Shown here in pieces: positions 32,450 to 42,800 of a stretch of DNA of 64,000 bases. The translations under genes and the position numbers were made by a program. This DNA is from Monocercomonoides exilis PA203 (Eukaryota; Protista; Preaxostyla): contig LSRY02000023.1 of assembly GCA_001643675.2 (NCBI GenBank), forward strand, positions 372,001-436,000. The letters are read 5' to 3'. Within the stretch, counting starts at the first letter, position 1. Each line of letters starts with the position of its first letter. A model generated the notes under the pieces. That model made no database searches, was not told where the DNA came from, and worked only from the letters and a program-made list of their open reading frames with translations.

Positions 32450-33504
32450 CGTTGTGATCGAAATCTTTGATATTTTTCAATGTCAATTTTTGAGCTTCAA
32501 TCCCAATTTTTCTCGAAAAATGATTCTTGGAATTAGTTTTTTGAACACATTTAACGAGGGAAAAAGCCATTTTGCAGAAAAAACAGAGTATTATTTTTTC
32601 GTGTATCAAAAATGGTGGAAATGTATCATATTGTAAATGCAAAAAGTGCAGATCAAAAAAAACTTTGTTTTTTACTTCAGTTTTCAAGCACAATAAAATA
32701 GGGTTAGGAAAGATTCTACTGTTGATTCTTTATTTCAACTTAGGAATACCAAATAAAACGGCAAGAAATCTATTGGATTTATCTTATTACAGCGTTGGTT
32801 ATTGGTACAGTATTTGTCGTGTCGCATGCACGAATTTCTTGATCGAGCATCCAATAATTTTAGGGGGACCTGGAATCGTCGTAGAAATCGATGAAGCCAT
32901 TTTGAGGAGAAGAAAGTTCAAAAGAGGTCGCTCTAAACGGCAGCAATGGGTTTTTGGAGCAATTGAGAGGAAAATGGATGGAACAGTACAGAAAAAAATG
33001 ATTTGGATTGTAAAATCTAGAAAAAGAAAGCACTTGCTTCCAATATTTCAAGCTCACATTTTACAAGGATCTACAATTATGAGTGATGAGTGGGCTCCCT
33101 ATAAAGTTTTACCGGATTTAGGTTATAAACACAAAATTGTTACACATTAAAGAAACTTCAGAGATCCCATCACAGGGGCTTGCACTAATACAGTCGAAGG
33201 CATGTGGCACTATATGAGATCATTTTTTCCTAAATCAGGGTTTCGCCATAAGTTTCTTCAAGATTATCTATCAACTTTCATCGTTAAAAGTGTTTTTAAA
33301 GTTGATTTTGTTCAAATTGTTGGAATGATTTATCAATTTGAGCCTCTGAAAATACAAGAAGAAGATGACACAGAAGATATTACATCAGATGTTGCTGATT
33401 TGGACGACATAATTGAAGATGCAAATTCATCAAGTGGAGAAACTGATAGTGACAGTTTAGGTGCTGGAGATGGCTCTTCAGCTTCAAGTAACACAGATAA
33501 TTGA
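32450..33504 (+). pseudogene. ISXO2/IS1595-like (Merlin) DDE transposase pseudogene
   Basis: Zn-ribbon CKCKKC, LGGPGIVVEIDEA, KFKRGR..QQWVFG.IER, IMSDEW..Y, TH*RNFRDP.TGACTNTVEGMW. In-frame stops and frameshifts; acidic tail. Confidence 0.92.
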
Positions 33505-33719
33505 AAAATAAAAATTTTTCAATTTCATTTTTTTCTCAATTCACACATATTTTTCACTCATTTTTAACAACAAATATTCATATTAAAAACTAAATAAAGC
33601 TAAATAGTTATTGGAAGTTGCTTCTTCTATTAAAAAAGTCGGACCCAATATGTTACACTTTCCCTTTCTTTTTTATTCTAAAAGACTAAAATTGAAATTA
33701 TTTATAACAGAATGTCTGT

Positions 33720-33720
<1 letters not shown>

Positions 33721-33764
<44 letters not shown>
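33721..33764 (+). repeat. Poly(A) tract (44 nt)
   Basis: Direct read. Confidence 0.95.
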
Positions 33765-33766
<2 letters not shown>

Positions 33767-33864
33767 AATTTTTCAAAATTTTTGTGAAAATAAAAAAAAA
33801 TTCTTTTAAAAAACAATAAATTCGGCAAGCAGCTTTATGTTCTATCCTTATTTCCTAAAATTGA

Positions 33865-36800
33865 CACATTTCTTCATTCCGTCTGTGCAAATGAATTTCT
33901 TGTTTATTTAACACATTCTTTTTGAAACAGAAAGAAAAACATGTTTTTGCGTTTAAAATTTGTGTGAAAACTCAAAAAAACAGCAGAGTTCTCATATCAA
34001 ACATGTAGTTGGATTTCTTATAACAAAAACAAACCAAAATTCGAGAAATGGAAATTATAAAAGTATTCTGAGAATGAATTTCAATTTTTCATCAATTTAT
34101 TTTTCTCTGTCATCAAAAAAATATGGGCGCAGGAATTTTTCATTTTCGTTTTTATCTGCCATCCACTTCATTGGCGAGGTGCACATCCGACATGGGAGCT
34201 TCTATAAATATTGTTGCATTGATGTTGCTTGTTGTTAACTACTATAATTGCGGAGACATTTCTATAAGTCAAATCCAACAAAAATGGAACGAGGAAATGC
34301 AGAAAGCCAGGATCAGCATTGGAAATAGAAATGGCGAAGGAAACAATAATTTATGCATTTATGCAGCTAAAAGTAAAAATGCAATTGACAATCATGTCTG
34401 TTGTATTCAAACTTGTCTAAATATCATCAACACCTCCTTGTGCATGACCCATCTCAATGTCATCCCCCTCACTGGTTGTCCACTCCTCACTGCCCAACAC
34501 CACTCAGCTGCCACCATCATCTCCTCCACTTGTCAAATTCAACCGGCCACAAAATCTCCACTTTTCCTCACTGCCCATGCCTCCCTCGCCCTCACCAACT
34601 TCTCCTTCACCACCCCTCAACCGGCCATCCTCTCCTTCCCCCTCTTCTCCACCCCAAACAATCTCCTCCATAATGCCCACTCCCCAATCCCTGCCTCCTT
34701 CTCCATCTCCCACTCCTCCTTCTCCTCGCTCGTCTCTCTCATCCAGCCCTTCCTTTTTTCTCCTTCTTCAATTTCTTCTCCATTTCCTTTTCCTTCTCCG
34801 TCATCTTCCCTTTCCCCTTTTTCTTCTTCCTCCTCATCCTCATCATCTTCTATTTCTTCCTTTCCCCCTTCCCTTTCCCCTTCGATTTCCTCTTCCTCTT
34901 CCCTTCTCCAACATTATCACCAATCTTATCCCCATCTCCAAATACACCTCGATCTCCATCTTTCAAACACGCTCTTCACAAACATCACCACTGCACCACA
35001 ACCCACACACACCATTCCTGCCAAACCCACACACCCACACAACACATTCACCACCACCACAACCACAACCATCACAACCACAACCACCACAACCACAAAC
35101 GCCAATGCAATTCATTTCTTCTCTCTTCGCTCCTCTCTCTTTATCCACTCGACCATCTTCCACCACACTCACAACCCAATCGACGGTGACATTCTCCCCA
35201 ACCTCAACAGCCCATCCACTTCTCTCTCTGCCTTCAATGCCTCTTTCCTCCACCAAACACGCTCTTTGCCAAATGCTGCAAAGGTCTATGTCGGAAACGA
35301 AACCGATAGAATGAAACCAGGAAGACTGGATTCTTTTGATGCAAACAGCCATCGCTTTGAGTGGTGTGAATGGAATGATTCAAATGGTGGATCATTAAAA
35401 GGAGGTGCACTTTGCGTTTCATGCACAAATGCTAACCTTGCAATCATATCGTGTTCATTTGACAATTGTTCAAATACATATCATGGTGGAGCTTTATATT
35501 GTGGACATTTGATGAATATCAACATCACAATGACCAATTTTACAAGCTGTTCGGCTGGATATGGAGGAGCTGCTTTTGTAGATTGGCCAGAATTGAATTC
35601 TGCTTGGTCTTTCTCAGAAAATAAGGCTGAGAGATGTTCAATAACAGGTTGGTGTGGAATTTGTTGGAACTTTTGGCTCAATAACATGACTTCAAATGGT
35701 CAATTCCAATTTTTAAAATGTGATTGTTTTGCAAATTCTGGTGGCGATTCAACGGGTTCTTTATCATTTAATTATCCTCCAGAAACCAAACCAAATAAGT
35801 TTTTGGTAAATGAATGCCAGTTTATAAATAATAAATTAACTGCTTCTTCGACTTTCGGAGGTGCTGGATTGTGCTGCACCAGAACATTTACTTGGATGAA
35901 CGGATTAAAATTCATATCATTCTGCTTCTTCGATGCCAATACAGCTGAAAATGGCAGAGGAAATGATGTGTTCTTCAATGAAAGTTACATCACTCAATCT
36001 CCATTCACAGAATGTATTTCAACGACCCCAACAAACAGAGTGTGGAATGCTGGAACAGCAACAAACGATGTGTTCAACAACTGGCTTCCTCTTATCCCTT
36101 CGAGCAAAATAGTTGGCAACAGCGGAACAGATGCTGGCGGCTGTGGCAGAACACAGCAAATGCCATGCGCCACAATTGAGTTTGCACTCAACGGATTCAT
36201 CCCACTCCAAATCGCCCATCTCACCCTCCTCAACTCAACATTTGTTCCCACTCAGACTCTCACCTTCAATGCTGCTGACACAAAAATTACAGGAAATGGA
36301 ACAGATGCAACTACCATCGCCTCCAGTGGCATTCCCCAACAACCAAACTCACATTCACACTCATCACAATCAACGACATCTCTTTCCTCATTTTCATCAT
36401 TATCAACAACTTCTTCACCAGATCCTTCTTCCTCGTCTGCCCTCTTCCAACAGACCCAGGGTTCCCTCACAGTCTCTGCCCTCACCATCGCCCACAACTC
36501 CACAAATCAAATCACTCCCATCCTCTTCCACCTCTCCGATAACTCCCCTTCCCTCAACCTCAACACAACCACCATCACCGGAACAACCCCATCTTCATCA
36601 ACAATCACAACACCCCTCTTCTTCCTCACTGCTGGCTCCCTCGCCCTCAACCACACAGCAATCACCAGTCTCCCCCTCAGCAGCCCCAGCATCTTCCATC
36701 TCACCTCCCTCACCGCTCCCCTCACTCTCAACTCCTCCAACATCACCCACATCACCTCCACAGCCACCCCCACCAGCTGTGTCCTCTCCTCTGCCACCTC

Positions 36801-39800
36801 CCCTGCCCTCTCTCTCTCCCTCACCAACTGCACCATCACTAACATCAACTCAGAACAGCTGAGCCAACAAACTGCCACAAATGGAGGATGCATCTCGTTC
36901 GCATCATCTGCCTCTGACAATACGTTTTCGGCGAGTGATTCCACCTTCTCCAGCTGCTCTGTGAGCGAGGATACAAGTTCTGGAGGAAGAGGAGGGGCTC
37001 TCATGATCGAGTTCAACCATGGCTCACAAGTGTCAGAATCCTCCTTTTCCATCACCAATATCGTGTTTTCAGCCAACAAGGCCTGTGTCGGAAGAGATAT
37101 GTATTTTGTGTGTGAGTCGCTTGTCGCCTCTGTGAAAGAGCCCTTGTTCTCTTTCATGAGAAATATCACTCAGAAAGACAACTCCGTATTTGGGAGCGAT
37201 AGAACGCAAATGTTTAGCGATTGGGATGTCGATTTGTTTTTATTTCTTGATGGATTCATTGGAGACAAAGTGTATGTGGATGGAGCGTCTGGAGTCGAAG
37301 AGATGTTTTGTGGTCTGGAAAAGGTACCATGCAAGAGTGTGAATTATGGAATGGAACGTTTGAAGAGAATGCAAAGCATTCAACAAGAAATTATTGCGTG
37401 TTCAAATTCGTTGATGGCTGGGTGTTTGGATGTGGGAGGAATGAGCGTGAAGGCAAAAACTGAGGCTGTTGTGGAGATAGAATGTCAAGCAGAAGTGAGT
37501 GGATCTGAAGGATGTGTTCTGAAATCATCATCGCTGACAGAAATGGAGTTCATTGGGATTGTTGTTCCATCGAGCTTTAACAGAACAATCGCATCAGTGA
37601 TCGAATCAAGCAGTACAAATGGGGAGTTGCACATGAAGAACTGTGAGATGAGTGTGATTGGGGGGAAGAGAAGCACAATTGGATTTTCCTTGATTAAATC
37701 GACAGGGAAGAAGGTTGAACTGGACTCTGTCACAATTTCAGATGTGAAATCAACCGTTTCGTTATTTTCATTTTCACTATCCTCAGCAAATATGAATGAA
37801 CAGGAATTCAAACTGAAACTGTTGAATTGCACGTTGAAAGGATTGGAGATTGATAGCGGAGAGGCAGCTGAGGGAAAGGCAGCCGTGTTTGGAGGGAGTT
37901 TTGGAGTTGGGATGGTATTAAATGATAGCAAGATTGAAGGAGCAGTGTCGGAGAAGAGCAAAGAAGGAGGAGCACTGAAGATTGTGTTGAGTGAAGGAGG
38001 ATATGTTGCGCTTGAAAACAGTTCATTTACTGAATGCATTTGCGAGAATATGAGTGAGGGAGGAAAAGGAGGAGGAATATATCTGGATTGCAGTCTGAAT
38101 GAAGAAGGATTTCAGCTTTCATCAATTTCTTTTTCTGGATGCTCAGCAACTGTTGGGAAGAACATGTTTGTGAAGAGTGAGAGTCTTGTGAATACTGTGA
38201 AGATAGAGCGTTTTGCATTTGATTGCTCAGGATACAAGGATGATGGGAATGCGTTTGTTGGGGAAGATGGGATTTATGGGGAAATGGATCTTCGAGTGTT
38301 TCTTGTTTCTTTGAAGTGGGTGGTTGTGTCTGTGTCGACAGATGGGCATGACACATTGGGATGTGGAAGTGAAGTATTCCCATGCCAATCAATGAAAAGT
38401 GGAATTGACCACATTGACAGAAGTGGGACAGAAGGAGAAAGGAAAGTGAAAGTGAGGGATGAAGGGACAATTGAAGATATTTATTCATTTATAGATGCAC
38501 TTGTGATTGATGGGTGTGTGAATGAAGGAGATGAAATTAAACACAGGCCTATTCATTTTGAAGGGACAATCAAAGGGAATTCTGGATCGTCTTCTGTTAT
38601 TTCATCGACTTCCTCGCTCATCTTGTTATCTTTGAAGCTGCAGATTCCAAGTCAGTTTATATCAAAAATGAATAAGTTGATCTCATCGAGTGGAGTTCTT
38701 CAACTTGAAAACTGTTCCTTTGAAAATCAATCATCAGATATTATTCAATACTCATTGATATGTGCAACATCTGGAAGTTGCACATTGAAAGGATGCAGTA
38801 TGACAAATTGTTTATTATCTAATTCTCCATTTGTAATGTCTTCTTCTGTTTTGTTTGAAAGGAGCAACTTTTCAAACATTATGAACACTGGAAGCGGTGA
38901 AGGAGGCGTTGCAAGAGTGATATTGAAAAATGACGAATATTTGATCATAAAATCGACAAATGTGTCATCTTGTTCACTTTCAACGGACAAAGAAAAAGGG
39001 GGTTTTTTGTATTTTGATTGTCAAGAATGTTCAAATGAAAAACCATTTCTTTTGGAAAGCGTAACATTTGAGAACAACAATGCAGCCATTGGAAAGAAAG
39101 TGTTCATTATGGGAAAGGATTTTAATGCTTCTGTGACAAACAATACATTCAAGTTTGATTATTTGTCAATGATAAATGATGACAATTTGTTTGTCGGAAG
39201 TGATGGTAATCATCAAGAAAAGGATTTATTCATGTTCCTCATTCCATACAGCTCATTTGAGATATTTATCTCATCAGAAGGATTTGATGTTGCAAGATGT
39301 GGAAGTGAGGAAGAGCCTTGTTTAACAATGTGGAAGGGGATGAAAAACATGAAAAAGGAGAATGAAAAAAAAACAATTCAGATTGAAGGATCAACTATCA
39401 TTCGAGATTCTTTCAATGTTTCCAATTATCAGATCAAAAAGAGTGTGAAGATGGGAGAAGAGAATGCGAAAGCAATATTGAATTTTGAAAAGTCAATTGG
39501 AAGTCAACTGGAATATTTCATGGAAAATGATGATCATCTTGAATTGACGAATATCCAACTGCAACTGTCATCTGGATTTGACAACTCAGCCAAAACGATT
39601 ATTTCAAACAAAGGAGGAGATTTGGCGATACGCAAATGTTCATTCCATTCAGAGGCTGGAGTTGATAATGGATTTGATTGCGTGTTTGTGGATGCGATTG
39701 GAGGAAGCGTTAAAGTTAATGATTTGTCGATTGAATCGTGCAATGTTGGTAATAGCATTTTTGTTATTAACAATGCTGGAATAACTTGCCATTTTGTGAA

Positions 39801-42800
39801 TGTTCGAGTGGAATCGTTGAATGAAAGCAGAGGATGCATTATATCAATCAAGAAATGTGAACCAGATTTGAAGACAAATGAAGAAAATGAAGAATGTATA
39901 AATATTGAGATTAACAAATCATCATTTTCAGGAGTGAAAAGAAGTGACAATGGACCAAGCATTTTGGAATCGAAAAGTGAGAAAAATATTTGTTTGGTTG
40001 TGAGTGAGAGCAACATCACAGAAGATAAAGCAGAAACAAGTGAAAAAGGAGGGGCAATATTCTTCACATTGGGTGCATCTGGATCGATGAAGATGATTGA
40101 CTCAACAATCAACCATTGCAGCTGCAGTAGTGACATCGGAAGAGGAGGAGGAGTGTATTTGGCAACAAAGGAACGAGGAGATTTGAATTTTTCATTTTTG
40201 AGGATGAAGTTCAGAAACAACACAGCCAGTGTGGGAAATGATATTTTCATTGAATGCTTCAACATCACATCTCAGATCAATGAAAACCAATTCCAGTTTG
40301 ATCTTCGAGATATTCATTTCATCCGTGACGATGCGATATTTGGAAGAGATCTCTGCGATTACCCAAGCGATACGAATCTGATTGAATTTGTGATGATCCA
40401 TCAGAGCGACACGATCATTGTTTGCGGTGTGAATGGATCGAACGAGAAGCAATGTGGAACCAACACACTTCCATGTTATTCGATTGATTATGGACTGATG
40501 CATCTGACTTCAGATTTCATGAGCCAAATGATTGTTGTTGAGGAGAGTGTGATTGGTGGAGAGATAAATCTGAATGAAATGAGCATGTGTTCGAAGAGCA
40601 GAGAGATGTGCGAAGTTGAAGTGAAATCTGAAATTGAAAGCACAAGAGAGGCATTGGTGACAACAGCTGGATCAGTTTCCTTTTTGAGATTGAGTTTTGT
40701 GTTTGATTCAAATTTCATCTCTTCACATGAATCAATGATCTCACCAGAGGGAGGAATTCTTGAAGTGATGAATTGTTCATTCATATCAAAACAATCGTCT
40801 GGAGAAGGAAACATAGAATTAACAAACATTCTATTTCGCATTATTAACATGGAAAAAGGAGAATTGCAACTCATGGAATGCAAAGTGACAAAACTTGTGC
40901 TTCATAAATCTGCTTTGCATCTTTCATCACCACTTCCATCAGTTATTTATTTATTATCGATTTGCAATTCAACAATTGAAACTTCTCTGATAGATATTAA
41001 TGAATGTGGACAATTAACAATTAAGGATTTCAAAACAGAAAATGTCTCACTAAAAGGAAATGAAGAATCATTGATGTGTTGTATGTCAATGAAAAAGACA
41101 ATTCAATTGGTGAATTGCACAATGGGCAATGCGACTTCAAAAATGACAAAAGGAAAATTGATGAAATTGGAGAATTGTTCAGATGTGAAAATGGACGGTT
41201 GCATATTCGATGGGAGTTCAAAGGAAATAAATGAGGAAAATATGAATGAGGAAAAAGATATTTGCAAATGGGATGGATCTCTTGTTGAAGTTGTGAAGAG
41301 TTCTGTGATGATGAAAGACACAACAATCTCGAATTCATTAGATGGCGGAGTCACATTGAGTGGAGGAAATATGACAATTGAAATGGGATTATTTGAGAAC
41401 AATAATCCATCCATTGAAGGATATCCATCATTGAGAAGAAACATCATCTGTTCTGATTCAGGAATATTGAATGTGATGAGTTTGAAAGGAGGAGATGGAG
41501 TTTTGCCAAATACATCACTTTGGATGTTGAACGATAGATGCAGTTTTGAAGGGATTGTTTCTGAGAGGGATTCATCATTCTTTATTCCTGTGCTGGAGAG
41601 TGTGGAAGCAAGAGAAGAGACAGATAGAATGAAGCTGATATTCAAAGGATTGCTTCTTGTTCCGTGCAATCTGTCATTCTCAGTTGTGAAGAGAAAAGGA
41701 GAAGAGAAAGAGATTGAAAAGCATGATTTTGATTCAAATGGGTTTTTATCAGAAAATGAAGCAAAAGGGAGTGTGGGAAAAGATCTGATTAGCAATTGTG
41801 GAGATGAAATCGAAGTGAGCGTTTCTGTTTTGTTTGGGAATGCAGAATCTCCTTCTTCAACAAATTCATTCATCATGAAGAATACCAGCGAAGCAGAAAT
41901 GAATGGAGATGAAAGGATTGTTGAAGGTGGAAATGGCACGAAATTCTCTTGGATCATTATTGTTGTTTCTTGCATCATATTTGTTGTGCTGCTTTTGATC
42001 ATTGTTGTTGTGACAATTCGATGGAGGAACTCAAAGAGACGAACAGAAGAACTGGAAGAGATTGTGAATGACACCGTGAAAAAGGATCCGAAGCTGATTG
42101 AGATGGTGACAATGGAGATGTCACCAGAAGAGCAGTGGCGAAGAGCTGAGAGAGAAGCAGAGAAGAAAAACGAAGAGAATGCAAAGAGGAGGATGTGTGG
42201 AAAGAAGATGGCACATTCGGAGTCAGAAGAGTATTTGTTGAGTGAGAGTGGATCAACAGAATACATTCTTGGGAAAGATTCAGACAAGATTCCAGATTGG
42301 ATGCTGGAGAAGGTTGATGAAAAAGAAGAGGAGGAAACAAGAAAGCGAACACCATCACCTTCCATTTCATCCATCTCTTCCACTTCAACAACTGATTCAG
42401 ATTCAACATTTGTTCGAGGGGAGGATCTGTGTCCAACCACCTCATCGATGTCGAATCTGGTGGATGCGATGGCCTGTTCATGCCCATACGAGAAGCTGAT
42501 TGTGGATCTTAGGGATTCATTGTTCATGTTGCTGCATGGAAGGAATGAGAAGAAGGAGATGGCGATTGGCTCGTTGAAGGAAAGAGAGCAAACGGCATCT
42601 CAGATCCTATTCTGGGTGGCTAACCTCGCACTCCATTCATTTGATGAAATGGACAACCCTCTTCAATCACTTGCCAATCTCAGTCCACATATTGTGCTGT
42701 TCTCGGAGCACATGGTGATCTGCGTTGTGATGCATTCTGATTTCCTTTCATCTGACGATTCTGATTCATCTTCAGCCTCTTCGATAACCATTGTTTCAAC

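Larger units (their letters stand above)
29359..33664 (+). mobile_element. Merlin/IS1595-type DNA transposon 1, interrupted by a 2.9-kb nested element
   Basis: TIRs GGTAAGATGTAACAAATTGGGTCC / reverse complement GGGAAAGTGTAACATATTGGGTCC. 8-bp flanks TGTCTTTT / TTTCTTTT (7/8 match). ISXO2-like transposase inside. Confidence 0.85.

Noticed and set aside
32534-33150. TAA/TAG reassignment to Gln, as in some oxymonads, to explain in-frame stops
   Set aside because: Conserved genes (RPL10A, VPS20, cathepsin, HID1) end in TAA and 9-kb ORFs contain no TAR. The stops align to W/K/L codons and co-occur with frameshifts.
33721-33764. Poly(A)44 as a retroelement tail
   Set aside because: No upstream retroelement body or TSD found; similar homopolymers occur at 9641 and ~56967.
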